Assembly: GCA_965112155.1 (NCBI GenBank)
Contig: OZ218102.1
Direction: 5' to 3' (one strand)
Source: Podarcis liolepis
Lineage: Eukaryota
DNA: 64,000 bases
Positions 36,688 to 50,352 of this stretch are shown here, piece after piece; position 1 is the stretch's first letter, and every line of letters starts with the position of its first letter. The translations under genes were made by a program, and so were the position numbers. The notes beneath the pieces were generated by a model. The model made no database searches. It saw only the letters and a program-made list of their open reading frames with translations, and had not been told where the DNA came from.

Positions 36688-36745
36688 TTGTATGCCACCC
36701 ATCTGACTGGGTTACCAGTCACTGGGTAGCTTCCAATGAATTAAA
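36646..36745 (-). mobile_element. L2 3' tail with microsatellite
   Basis: (TAA)n followed by CCACCCATCTGACTGGGTT..GCTTCCAA, the reverse complement of the L2 tail. Confidence 0.7.
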
Positions 36746-39700
36746 ACACAATATGGCATTACTCAGTTCTATCTTTGTTTGAAGTTGTAAATTTTTCAGA
36801 TACTTATAAATCTATTTTTAAAAAATAATTATTGAATTTTGGTTAAATATTCTGTGAAGCCAGGTGTCTACCTTACCTCTTTAATCATGGGGGCCATTGA
36901 TAGCCATGGCAGAAGTGAAGCTCTCCCCACTAATTAGTTCTACAGGAGTCAGGGTCAAACATGTCCACATATATTTTATTTAGGCATGCAACACTTTACA
37001 GAAGACATATTCACCTGCCCTTCCCATTATGTCATATGGCCTTTCTTTCCCAACAGACCTTGGGCTGTAGTTCTAAATGTCTCTGAACAGGAACAGGAAG
37101 TGTCACCACAATGGTAAACGTCCTAGCTGCCTAGGGGCCAAGACTACAATGGAAGCCATTGTGTTTGCTGTGGGGAGCAGAGACCTTAATGTGATCTGGG
37201 AGCAAGCTCAGTGCTTCTGAGAAAGATTGGACTATGGAGAGTCCTAGAAGACTGCCATTTTTGTAATTTGCACAACACACTTGTTACTCATTATTGTTCA
37301 AATAAGTTCATGATTTTAACATTTGACCAACCTTTTATAAGTAGGCAGATTTTGATGGTGGAAACTACCACCTACTTCATTTCAGGATTTCTTTGGAGCA
37401 GGGAGAGGCTGATTTTTAAGGGGTGGCATGTTCAGCTCTTGCGAGTCATCCACCTCTTTTATGCCCTTTCCAAGTAAGGGTTCAGAGCTGCATTTCATAA
37501 TTAAAACTTAAGTACCTGTTGTGTTTGGAAAGCCTACACGTGGCTTTTGATAAACCGGTTAATGAACAATAAAGTTTAATTGGGTGTATTATTGTGCAGT
37601 ACACATGAACATCTAAATGTAAGACTGAAAGCAGAGCGCAATGAATGCAAAATAATGCATGAAGTTGAGTAACTTTGTTGCTGTTAAAATACAGCTTTGT
37701 CACCACACCCAGCCACCCAGAACTCAACTTTTTCTAGCCGTTCAGTTCTCATTAAGGAAGCAGTAAAGCAGGTTTTCTTCCCCTGTAGATTAAAAATAAA
37801 AACATTTCCTTAGCAATTCAAAAGAGATTACTAGTGAATGTATATAAAAGTGTGTGTGTTTGTATAGTTATAACACAGGAATGAAGAACCTGTGACCCTC
37901 CACATGTTTGGACTACAACTCCCATCCTCTCTAACTACTGGCTCTGCTGGCTGGGGTTGATGGCACTGAAGTCCAACAATGTTTGGAGGTTAATAGTTCC
38001 CCCATCCCTAATTTAATTTTTTTAAGTGCAGTACCAAACAGTGTTTCTAGGACTTGTTTGCCAAGGTTGGAGTCTCTGGGGCTTGGGGTACAAACTTCTG
38101 GGTCTGAGACCCAACCTACAGAACTACCGTAGACTGTGTCTGCTTGAGTCATAGAAGCATAGCGTCCTTGAGTCACTTTCAGGTGCAGAGGGGAACAGCT
38201 GTCCAGAACACCAGCCTCTGTGACTGGCCAATAGTAGCCTCTGGAGAAGGCCATGCCTGGTATTAAAGGGCCTGGCTTTCTGTATTTCCCTGATCAACAG
38301 AGTAGTTGATACCTTCGACTTGCTCCATCCATCTCAATAAATTTACCTCTTGGACTGAGGAACGGAGAACACGCCCTCTAGGTCTAATTTTGAGTGAGAC
38401 TTTCCCTCTGGGTCTAGCCTGACCTCAACACCTACTCCTTTCACTCCAGTTAATGTTTCTTCCTTGTGTCCACCCAACATATTACTAAGTTTACCTTCAC
38501 AGATTTACACTTTACATCCTTCTTCTTAAATACATGAGCAGCTCACAAATTGTATTTCACTAAGGTGCTCCATAACATGGGAGCTCCCAGTGATCCAGAT
38601 CTGGGCCACGCTGTGGCATATATCTCCAATACATTACGCCTTGTTACTTAAAATAATTACATAATGATTGAGGCTCAGGGTAGATGTCATTCTGGGAGAT
38701 GTGTGGTCGTCTCTTGCGTGTGTGTCTGTGTTTTAAAGGGTAAATGCAGCTTTGGAGGGTCTTGGCTCAGAATGGGGCTGAAGCACATCGGGAAAGTGGA
38801 CTTAATATTCTCCATTTGCTCTCTTTTCCCAATCTGAATTCTACCCTCCCTCGCTGCAACATGCTATTTGCCATAAAGGGAGAAAGCTACAGGTACCCAT
38901 TTGGAAACAGTCCCATGATAGAGCTGTAATTGGGGGGAGGGGGTTGTTCATTGATTCATCAAGTTCCAGTTTTGCATTTGAATGAGAAACTTGTGAAAGT
39001 CAAAATATGCTCTATGTATTTATTATATTTGCACCCTTTGCTAGCCTGTAGGATCAGGGAAGATTTTCACACTTGCAAATGCAAACACTTGCATCGCCAG
39101 GTGACTTGTCCTGGCCTTGGCAAGAAGTCCATGGGGCCTGATGGGGCAAGGAAGTATGTAGGGAAGCTGCAAGTGAGTAACCTCCTCCAGTTTGGGAGTG
39201 GCCTTTTATTCTTCCTGAGCCAGATTGCTCCTCCCACACTCTTGCCCACTTCTTGAAGAGTGAAAGGCCTTAAAGGGGCAGACTTGTGATCTGAGCACTC
39301 TTCCTCCTCCCTGACAACTCCCTCCAGCTCGTTACCTGTGCTGACAGGATGACTTGGGGCTGCAGATCCCTGGCCAGGAGGAATTCAGTACATTGAAGAT
39401 TTTTTTTTTGGGGGGGGGTTCAGATTCTTGGTGGCCCACAGCTCAAGGGCTCCCAAGTCAGTGGGCTTTGTCTGTGTCATGACATCAGGTCCTGGGTTGC
39501 TTTCCAGAACATCTTCCATTGGTCTGATGGATCTGACCTGCCCCTTGTTTGAGTTGCAGCCCAGGCTGCTGCACAGGGAGGCAGCCCTGCCAATCCTTAA
39601 ACTACTTGGCGTTGTATGATTGTTCTGACTCCACACAGTGTAAAATAAAATGTTCACTTGTTTAGATATCTTTTTGTTCATCTACCAAATACCACTCAAT

Positions 39701-41339
39701 GCTAAATACCATTCCATGCCAGCTGTCAAATACTGTCAGGTATCAGATGTCATATAGCATATTCAGTTGATGTTGGCAAATGTGAACTTCTTCTAGTGAA
39801 TATTTCACACTGGAGTTTGGCAAGGGGTAATTTTTGGAAGCAGCTTTTGTTTCCATTTCTATCACGATTTCCTTTTTGCCTGAAAGATGGCTGTGGATGT
39901 GGTGCTCTCCATGGTGCTGACTCTCCTGTCTTTTTAAGGTTGGCAGTCACAGCATGCAGAGCCACAGTTGTGCTCATTGGCCAGGACTGGAGGAATGCTG
40001 GGGTGATGTTATCATATTGCTCTCCCTCCGCTGGATGGAACACCGGGGTGCTATCATCAGTGTCCTTGACCCCCGAAAGGCTAAAAGAGACAGATGCTGT
40101 AGAGCAGTACAGAAAACATGTGGCTGAGAATATGATTTAAAGTTCCAGTTGTAAAGGTTTTCACCTGCTGGAAACCTGGGATCCCTGTCACTAATGCATG
40201 TTAGGGGGCACATTTAGAAAGCGTTTAACTGATATTGCAAAAAGTTCGCTCAACCATACTTCACCCACTGTCCTTTTCTCCATGCTTTCTCTCTGTAGCA
40301 AGGAACCTCAGGCTCTTCAAATACTGTTAGATTGCATTATCCCTGACCATTGACCATTCTAGCTGAGGCAGATGGAAGCTGGGGTCAAACAATATCTGCA
40401 AGCCCACATGTTTCTCTTTTCTCTGTGTCAAACTTTGGAAAGAGATGCATTTCTTCAATGTACACCCGAGCCTAATTCAAAAAAAATATTAATTTCTTCT
40501 CCAATGGATCTTCTGCTTATGTGACAATATAAAATGGTTATCTAGCTGGAATTTTATGCCCTTGGTTGGAGAATGGGGGAAAAAACCCCTCAGCTATCCA
40601 TTCTCTCTCCCCTCCCCCCCATTGCCATTTGGCACACATACATTAGATCGATCTGTGTCCCAGACAGCTCTTTCTAATTGGGTCTCTGCTTCCATTTCTC
40701 ATTATTATACTTTTAGCAGAATTGAAACTAGGGAGGTGGGGGTGGTCTGTCAAGACTCATTCAGTCAAATATATCACTGTGCCAGGAGCCAACCTTGGTG
40801 TATTCCCACCAAGTTAAACATGCAGTGCTGAGCTGCACTGAGGTTTAAAAAAAGAAAGAAAGAAAAGTGCTGTAAGCTTGTCCCAGGTAATGTAAATTGT
40901 ATGATGATTTCAGAGAGTTTGGGTCTCCTGGGACCACTTTGTATGTTGCTTCAGTGGTACAAGAGCTGCTTCCCCAGGGCTTCTTCCTGTCCTGCTGTAG
41001 TTGAGTTAGCTCTGCCCATCGGCTTTCAGATAATGTGGGCTCTCCCCATCCATAAATAGCCCCCTTCTATCTGAGTGATGATCAAGAAACTGTTAATTCT
41101 TTTAAATCTAACGACCCAGCTGGTATGTTGTGAAGCCTGAGATGGTACAGCAGCCAAGTAGGAGGAGGGCCCCCACATTCGTATTTCTGGGGGATGTGAG
41201 ATTGTCACCAAGGAAGAATCAGAATCAAGTTAGTGTGCAGCTGTTGTATGGCATGTTGGATTGAACTGCCACCTGCCACAGCTGCCACTACTCTCAGGTA
41301 ACAAGGCTAGTCTCTTTCCTCCCTGATGGCCAGTCTGTA

Positions 41340-41560
41340 GTGGTGCTCAGCAATGAGTGTAACAGTGTTGGAGCACATACATTGCCTGCAGAATACCTCC
41401 AGGTTCAATTCTGCCAGTTACAAGATCTGGTCGCGAGTGATGGGAAGGACCTTTGCCTGAAACTCCTGAGAACCACTGCCACTCAAAGTAGGCACTGCTG
41501 TGTCTGGGTTAGAATAACAAATAATCTGACCTAGTATAAGGCAGCTTTCAACATTCCTAG
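41340..41560 (+). mobile_element. Squam2-like tRNA SINE, degenerate
   Basis: CAGGTTCAATTC B-box, CCTGAAACTCCTGAGA, tail GTATAAGGCAGCTT. Confidence 0.55.
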
Positions 41561-41629
41561 CAGTGGAGATGGAGTAGGTGCCACAGATTCCGTGCCTAAC
41601 CAGCTGCATCAGTGATTTAAAAGAGAGGT

Positions 41630-41760
41630 AGGTAGCCGAGTTGGTCTGCTGTAGTTGAAACAAAATAATATCTGAAGAAGTGTGCATGCACACGAAAGTT
41701 CATACCAATCACAAACTTGGTTGGTCTCTAAGGTGCTACTGGAAGGATTTTTTTTTATTT
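41630..41760. mobile_element. Penelope pLTR fragment with internal inversion and hammerhead core (41668-41705, + strand)
   Basis: GGTAGCCGAGTTGGTCTG in one orientation joined to TATCTGAAGAAGTGTGCATGCACACGAAAGTTCATAC..AAGGTGCTACTGGAAGGA in the opposite orientation. Confidence 0.75.
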
Positions 41761-43555
41761 TAAAAGAGAGGGAGAGAGTTGCTGATCTGGTGTGCAGTCA
41801 TGCACACATCAGGAGTAAGTGAAAGTTTGCAGCTGATCGACTGGCTGAAAGAGGCACTGTTCATGATATGTGGGTGGAACTCATAAAAGCTAAGTGAAAC
41901 AAAATGGTATCGCTGTTGCTTCTTCCTTCCTCCAAATCTTTGCTTCAAATTTGCCTTTACCCTGACCTCTTAGTAGTCATCCTCAGCCACATCAAAGCCT
42001 CTGTGCATTTGCATTGACACAAATGCAATTTTAACTTTTCCTTCTTCCATTATCACTGTCACTATTTAGATTGTAAGTTCCCAATAGCAGGGATCTGCTT
42101 GTGTTGTGTTGGAATAGTATTTTATTGCAGACCTAAGTCTTGCTGCCCTATAAAACTCCACAAAAAGACTTAAAAGACACATACACTGAAGGGTTATGTT
42201 CTGCGTTGTTTCCAGTCTAGGTTTCAGTTAAAGGTTGACACCAATGAACTCTCCTTTTGATCAACTAGTTTTGGTTGTTGGCCAGAGTGTTCCAGTCTTG
42301 AGCCTTGCTTGTCACAACACAACACGTATTATATTTTTATAGGTCAGATTTCAACTTTATTTAAACAAATTAAACATCTTCTTTAATTCTTACAAGGTTG
42401 ATGGAGGGGATATCTATATATCTGTATCTATAGGCATTCTACTTGCATGCGACTGCAGGAGATAAATGAATAAAGAAAATCATACCAGGAAATGGTGGGA
42501 GACAGCTGGAGAATCCTCGTGGCTCGCGAGGAGACCCTCCCTGGAGCCTGTAGGGTGCATCAGTGAGGTCAGAGGAGGCCCCAAAGAGACTAGAGGATCA
42601 GTGGGGCTTTGTTTAGGCTGCTCTGCCTCCCCGCCTAACAGCTGGTTTACGAAATAGCGCAGCAGCAGCTGCTCTCCCACATGTCCTCTAGTCTCCAGCT
42701 GGCCCCAGAGCTTCAAATCTAGATATCTGGTTCTGGATTTGAGAGGGAGTGGGAGAGAGAGCTGGAGAGCAGGGGGAAATACGCATTCAAAGCTTTTTGG
42801 AGGCTTTTTGGAGGGTGCTTCCCACTTTAAGCAATTTCACTTATGCATGCGTGGACCTAGAATGTAACCCCATGTAAGTAGGGGACACCTTTATATAGGC
42901 ATTCCCCCCCCCCAACAAGCCCCTTTGCCAAGCCTCAGAAGAATTCCTGAATGCCTCAGAGGACTTTTCAAAGACGCTGGCACTGATTCAGTTTTGAATC
43001 AATTCGTAGAGCTTTTACAGAGAGCAAGGATAATTAACCTCTTTAGCTTTGATCCCTGTGGTAAACATCCTGTAAAAGTATAGTACCTCTTTTTATTTGG
43101 GGCATACTGAGAACCTGTTAAGTTAAGTTTAATAGATATTGGGCTGGGGTCCATATGCAATGTAAACTAACGAAGGACAAATGTTGTAATAAGTTGCATT
43201 GGTAGAATAAGCCTGTTTAGTTGGCTGCTAAGCCTGCTGGTGAAAGTTCAGCTTTGAGTTTCTAAGGCCTTTAGGCCTGTGATTAAATGATAAGCGATCT
43301 GAGCTGCATTTGATAAATTAATAAATATTCTACCACGTTTCTTGGCTCTTTAGTAAGGGTAGAAGTTTGGATGTCTTGCCATTTTCATTCCAGGACATAA
43401 TTCCCTGAAACATTTCACTGTTCTTTAATTCTTTTTACTGGCACATTGCCTCACAAATATTCAGAACTGGAGAACAGGAGCTTGACCCATATTTTGCAAT
43501 TGTGTACTTGATTTTTTATTTACGTATCTATTAAAATGCAGGATATTTAGATGTA

Positions 43556-43680
43556 GTTACAGGTAGTCTGCCGTAGTCAAAACAAACAAACAAACAAAAT
43601 TCCTTCCAGTAGCACCTTAAAGACCAACTAAGTTTGTTACTGGTATGAGCTTTTGTGTGCATGCACACTTCTTCAGATAT
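43556..43680 (-). mobile_element. Penelope pLTR fragment with mutated hammerhead core
   Basis: Same sequence as the 11857 copy, but the GAAA box reads AAAA on the minus strand. Confidence 0.75.
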
Positions 43681-43784
43681 TTAGAGTTAGTCGTGATAAA
43701 AAAAATATGCATGGGATTGGCGTTGGAGTTTCACTACCCTCCCTTCCTCCATTCCCATCTCTGTTCTGCTGAAACCATTATTAT

Positions 43785-44154
43785 GGGACGCGGGTGGCGC
43801 TGTGGGTAAAACCTCAGTGCCTAGGACTTGCTGGTCGTATGGTCGGCAGTTCAAATCCCCATGGCAGGGTGAGCTCCCGTCGTTCGGTCCCAGCTCCTGC
43901 CCACCTAGCAGTTCGAAAGCACTCTTAAGTGCAAGTAGATAAATAGGGACTGCTTAATAGCGGGAAGGTAAACGGTGTTTCCGTGTGCTGCGCTGGTGCT
44001 GGCTCGCCAGCTGCAGCTTCGTCACGCTGACCACGTGACCCGGAAGTGTCTTTGGACGGCGCCGGCTCACAGCCTCTAGAGCGAGATGAGCACGCAACCC
44101 CAGAGTCGGACACGACTGGCCCGTACGGGCAGGGGTACCTTTACCTTTACCTTT
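43785..44154 (+). mobile_element. Sauria SINE, full length
   Basis: GGGACGCGGGTGGCGCTGTGG head, Bov-B-like GAGTCGGACACGACT near the 3' end, (ACCTTT)3 tail, ATTATTAT on both flanks. Confidence 0.93.
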
Positions 44155-44836
44155 TATTATTATAAAAGATTTTCATCTGGGCTGAGCTGAAATGACTCAG
44201 TATTCTCCCACTTTCCCTTTTTCCTTACATTGAAAAATGCCTTCCTTGTTTGACTTTCTTTTTTTGGGAGGGGATATTTCAACTAATATTTTGATTGACA
44301 CTATCCTTGGGGAGCACTGCAGTTCTTTTCTTGAAAGTCCACACTACAGGGGCTGCTCTCTTTCTTTTTTAAAGTTTTGTTAATGATTTCCCAACATACA
44401 TTTTACATACATTGGATTTCAAAGCAGGCACCACAATCCAACACCCAAGAACCCAAGATGAGAGTTTCCCATAGTACTTGTGTTCCGGTGGGTGGAGGTG
44501 GGAATCTACAGCAACATCTCAGCTGTCCTCGTTCCAGACTGAATATTAGGATGGATGGAACCATATTAATGTAGCATTTGCATGTTTTTGCCAGCAAGTC
44601 ATTGCCAGTAGTGGACACACTTGTGGGATGTGGAAACCTATGAAAGAATTCAAGTTGTTCCTTAGAGATATTTCTTATCCCTGGATATTTGGGTGTTCAG
44701 GTAGATGGGATCCTATTTGAGCAAGTCACAGCTGAGAGTAACAGGAGAAAGGTACTGAAAAAATAGCACAAATTGCTGCTGCTTATTATTGCATTTATTT
44801 TTATTAATTTAACAATTTGCTTATTGCCAAGCATTT

Positions 44837-45409
44837 CCTGGGCTCCATGATCACTGCAGATGTTGACAGCAGCCACAAAATTAAAAGACGCCTGCTTCTT
44901 GGGAGAAAAGCAATGACAAACCTAGACAGCATCTTAAAAAGCAGAGACATCACCTTGCCAACAAAGGTCCGTATAGTAAAAGCTATGGTTTTCCCAGTAG
45001 TGATGTATGGAAGTGAGAGCTGGACCATAAAGAAGGCTGATCGCCGAAGAATTGATGCCGGAGACTCCTGAGAGTCCCATGGACTGCAAGAAGATTAAAC
45101 CTATCCAGCCTTAAGGAAATCAGCCCTGAGTGCTCACTGGAAGGACAGATCATGAAGCTGAGGCTCCAATACTTTGGCCACCTCATGAGAAGAGAAGACT
45201 CCCTGGAAAAGACCCTGATATTGGGAAAGATTGAGGGCACAAGGAGAAGGGGACGACAGAGGACGAGATGGTTGGACAGTGTTCTTGAAGCTACCAGCAT
45301 GAGTTTGATCAAACTGCGGGAGGCAGTGGAAGACAGGAGTGCCTGGCGTGCTCTGGTCCATGTGGTCACGAAGAGTCGGACACGACTAAATGACTAAACA
45401 ACAACAACA
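44837..45409 (+). mobile_element. Bov-B LINE 3' fragment with (CAA)n tail
   Basis: LGSMITAD..KRRLLLGRKAM..YGSESWT..KLRLQYFGHLMRR. TSD AAGCATTT at 44829-44836 and 45410-45417. Confidence 0.93.
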
Positions 45410-45487
45410 AAGCATTTATCTCTTTGTTGAGAGTATATATTTTTCTGTGAGTATGATGACTATTTGATTTAGTCTCATATTTGAGGA

Positions 45488-45660
45488 AGGGCCATAACTC
45501 AGTGGTAGAGCATCTTATTTACATGTAGAAGGTTTCTGGTTCTACCCCCCAATGTCTCTAGGTAGGGCTGGGAATTGACCCGGTCTGAAGTCTTGGAAGA
45601 GTCACTGCCAGTCCGTGTAGACACTACTAGGCTGGATGGAGCAGCTGCCTATTTTCCAAT
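45488..45660 (+). mobile_element. Squam2-like tRNA SINE
   Basis: GGGCCATAACTCAGTGGTAGAGCATC..AGAAGG..GGTTC..GTAGGGCTGGGAA..CTGCCAGTCCGTGTAGAC. Confidence 0.7.
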
Positions 45661-48600
45661 TACATAAGATACTTGACGAGCTCCTTTCAAACATGAGACA
45701 TTTCACTGGCAGCATTATATTACTTACATGCTTCTGCCTTTGCACTGGCCTCTGTGCAATGAGCCAGGGCTGTAGCGCACAGCTTTTAATGCAACGAGAG
45801 CAAGCTGTGTGCAAAAGCTTAAATATCACCTCCTTGGAGATGGAGTATTGTTGGTGAGACAATTGAATTGTTACAAGTTGTAGACATGGCAAAGGGACTT
45901 GGATTTGCAAGCTTGTTGTTTTTCTGTCAACACCGAGACATGAAATGCTTCATTTGACTGAGTTTCTGTATTTGGTTTTTACAAGCTGTGAGGGAGAACC
46001 ATACCTTAAGGGACAAGGAATTAGAGCCTCTTGCCCTTCCGATTGCTGGTTCAAATCCAGCTCAAGTCAGCAGAGAGTTTTAAAATGCTACCATTTCAAT
46101 GGGTTCTTTGAAGCAGAGAAGGCGGGTCGGCTCTTGAGCCTGCTTTTTAATGTCTATGTTACAAATGTTTCATAATATTGTGTGCTGGGGTTTCTTATAT
46201 AAGGAATACGGAAATTTAGCTCTAGTAACTGGAAACTGTGTCTGAAAACACAGACAACAAACTATTGATTTGTTTTTAAAATATTTGAATTACATTGTAA
46301 TAAACAACAGAAGTGAAAGCAGGGGTAGGAAGAAAACAATACAACCAAGTTGCCATTCTCTGACATAAATTTAATATACACCCATCACTGCTTTCAGGAG
46401 AGAGAGTGTTATTGATTGTACCCCACTAAAAGAGGCCACAAGGCCACCTTTAAAATTAAGGGCCAAGTAAAGAGGAAAGCCATTGCCTGGTGCCTAAAAA
46501 TAGAAAAAAGATGGTGCCAAGCATGCCTGAGGAGAACATTCCACTGAAAAGGCCTTCTGGTGGGGGCACACCTGTATTATCTTCATTATCTGTATTATCA
46601 TGTTGTCTGTAACACATTTTCCAGAACGGAATGACTTCACTCCATTCAGCACTCAGGCTCCATATTTGCTGGAACAGATCATTGATTAGCCACATTCTCT
46701 AATTCCTTACAATATTTATTAATTCAGTTAACCTGGCAGTTAGGAAACTGGCCTCGCACCAAGCGAGCCTCTTTGTTTAGGAAGCCTTTCTCCAGGGGCT
46801 CAGGAAGAGATCTTTCACATCACCGCTTTCTGAAACCAGAGATGAACCTGGAGTCTTCTAGATGCAGATCAAGTGCCCTACCACTGAGCTATATACTCCC
46901 TGCCCAATAGTTCACCATCCACTCATCTTGTCCATGCTACGGATGCACCCCTGTGACCATAAGTACTCTGCAGGTACGAATTTGTATGTTCTCTGGTTTC
47001 GGGAAGGTTCTTCCTCAAAGAAGATATTCTGTCAAAATGTTTTGGGCAGTTGCACTTGTATTATCAAATTCAACAACCTGCACCTGTTTCAGAATGGCTT
47101 TCTTTCTTTCTTTGCCAAAAAAAAAGAGAGAGTAAGCAATGAGAATGGGAGAAGATCAGCAAAATGCAGGAGAGTTGCTTGATTTCATTGGGAATTACTT
47201 CTAAGTAGGCTTAGGAATGTATTTCTGTACAGTATGCGCTGATGCTGTAGTAGATGAAAAGCGAGTGACAGGGGTGACTGGCCACAAAATTGTAAGGATA
47301 TATAATCTTGCCTCTTTGCTCATATCGGTATTCTAGGAATTTAGGAGGGAGACACTTGTGCCTGGACTTCCTTGATAATCAGTTTCTTTGCACTCTCTTG
47401 TTTTTTCTATGCTAAGCTTTGCCTTCTGCTGTTAATCTCATGAATAAATGCATGGCTCAGTTTCTGGTTGTGTTGCATTGTACTTCCTATGGCAGTTAAG
47501 CTGGATTTACCTCTCGGAAGATGAACCTTTGGAAGTGTGAATCTCTTATTCTCAGAAGGAATGGCATCAAAAATTTATTATTCAAGGATCAGTTTAATAC
47601 ATTTAGAAGAATCAAGTGAAGAAGCTGCTTCTGGACTCTACTACTTCAAGCAGAAACAGGAAGGTGGCATCACCAAATCCTCCTGTAGACTACAACTCAC
47701 ATAATCCCTGGCTATTGGCCATGTTGGCTGGGGCTGATGGGAGTTGGAGTTGGAAGGCCAGAAGGTTCTCTATCCCTGGTCTATAGATCTAAAAGAAAAT
47801 GAACAAAATGGGGAGACAGATTCAGTGTGGCCTTCTGCTTCTTAGGACATCCCCCCCTCCCCCGTTTGTAGGGATGGTTTCTTTTTTCTTCTCCTTACCA
47901 TGGTGGGCATTCTAACACACCACACTGTCATCACCAGCCTGAAGTGATGCAACCCAGGAGAAGCGTTACTACTTGAGTCTGCCCCTAATCTTAATACTAG
48001 TGTTCATTGAGAGATCTGTTATTATTCTTAGAGGTGCAGTGTATTTATTGTCTGACTGGGCTCCCCTTCAATAAATTTATCTTTATTTCCAACACATTTC
48101 TGGCCACTGATAAATAAATATTCAATACCAGCCAACTCAATAAGTCAGTTCTTTTGTGAATATACAAACAAGAAAGAGCAAAAACTGAGCAGGGAAGCGA
48201 GGGAGCAAACTATTGCGCAATATTTTATAGGTTTTGACAAGCCAGTAGTTGGGCAACGTAGACAAATGACATTAGGAAACTTGTCCTGGGAGTTTGATCT
48301 TTTAGCTTATCATTTGTGGATAGGAAACATCATAATTCCTGTCTGTCAGGAATGGCACCTTCTATTATTACCAATATATATGCAAGGGAAATAACAGAAA
48401 GATTCTGAACTGCAGAGTGAAAATCTCTTGTCTGGATAGGGCTGGGTCCTGCCCTGCTTAGGGTTCAGAGGCACTCTTGGCCTCAAGGCAAATAGCCTCA
48501 GCCATGGAAGTTTTACATTAGCGCTACCTACATGAGGGCTTTAGTGTATGTAATTGACAGACACACTCAGCAGTTAGAATGAGAAGGGGGGAGGGGAGAG

Positions 48601-49381
48601 TCAAGTGGCACAGCCCACAAAAAGGTTCAGATGTAAAAATCACAGAGATGTAGTGACATAAAGAACATTTTTGAGAGTTAATAAAAATTGAGAACTTTCA
48701 TGTTGATGGGTGTGACCATTTAAAGTATGAATAAAGACATGAAGTGTGAGCAAACAAAAGGTAAACAGCAACCCTTGCACATGTAGGGGGAAAAACGGGA
48801 CATGATTCTTACCATACTGCCTCTCCCGGATTTCATTATATGGCTGGTTCCTTTGCCAACATGGCGGGAGTAATTTTCAGCCATTCATTCATCCCCAGTA
48901 AGCCATGCTGGGGAAATGGTGAACTTTTATGAAGTGTAAACAACCATAAGAAAATTATGCTTCTGGATTGGGAAGCATTGAAGCAAGTGGTACATCAGAA
49001 GCTGCCTTCGACCAAGTCAGAGCATTCAGTATCTGTATTTTCTACACATCCTTGCAGCAACTGTCCAGGATTTCAGAAAGGGAGAGGCAAGTGGGTGAAT
49101 GGAGATGTTGGTATTGAGCAGCAAATTGACCAAGGGGAGCCCATATCTGGCTCTGACACCTTTCTTGCTTTCCTCCTGTTCAGAATGCTGGGAGCGCCTT
49201 GATAACTTTTGCTTTGCCTTACCTGGAGAGCACTATTTTTGCAGGAATTTATGACTTCGAATTGAACATAGTGAATCTGTCACTACCAGTAAATTTTGTC
49301 AGTGTTGTGAAGCATCTGAAATCATTGCAGCATGACTGGAAGATTCAGACATAGTTTGTCGGCTTATTATGCCAGCTGCCC

Positions 49382-49595
49382 NNNNNNNNNNNNNNNNNNN
49401 NNNNNNNNNNNNNNNNNNNNNNNNNNNNNNNNNNNNNNNNNNNNNNNNNNNNNNNNNNNNNNNNNNNNNNNNNNNNNNNNNNNNNNNNNNNNNNNNNNNN
49501 NNNNNNNNNNNNNNNNNNNNNNNNNNNNNNNNNNNNNNNNNNNNNNNNNNNNNNNNNNNNNNNNNNNNNNNNNNNNNNNNNNNNNNNNNNNNNNN
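49382..49595. other. Assembly gap (N run)
   Basis: Run of n. Confidence 1.
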
Positions 49596-50352
49596 TTGCC
49601 TGTGGCACATTCTGCAAGACAGGAAGGAAATGACTTTGCCATGACCTCTCCTGTAGCAGCCCATGCGATAAATAGATCACAAAGGGCTCAAGTGTGTCTT
49701 GTATTCAGAGAGAGGCATTGTTCACATTGTAGACAAAATGTTCCGCCGTTCATTCATATGCTGGCAGTGTGCATTTCCACTCCCCCTCCTCTCTGTTAAA
49801 AGTAATAAAAAGGGAAGGAAAGTGTAGCATCACGTACATTACTATTCAAGCTCAGTCAGTGTGGGTAGCTGACGCCTTGCTCACTGAAGCCGTCATGCAT
49901 GCTCATCTCATTGGAAAGAATGCCTTATTAAAGTGTATCACTAAATAATAAAATAGAATAGTTGAATAATAACCAAGGATTAATAGGTAGGTCAAGCTGC
50001 AGAAGACCAATGAGCTTTCTGGAGGATGGGTCATGCTTGAGTCTGAGAAATACAATACTGTTCCTTTTCTTCTGATTTCTTCACTTGGGAGTGTCTTGCT
50101 CCTGGGAAGCACCAGTTTGCAGACTGGAAGGCTTTGTGGAATGCAGGGATGAACAACATGGTTACACAAAAAATGGGTGCTGGCTGTACAAGACAACCTA
50201 TGAGACTATTGACATCTTTTGATTTCAGAAGTGCTACCCAGTCTGGGCAGGGATAGGGTTTGAAGGTGAAGCTTGAGGAAATCCAATGGACTAGAGATGG
50301 AGCCAGGAATGAGCAGGTCGACACTTGACAGAATATTCTTGCTCATGGGCAG

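Noticed and set aside
42431-42892. Possible old Tigger-like element
   Set aside because: TIRs too degenerate to define boundaries with confidence.
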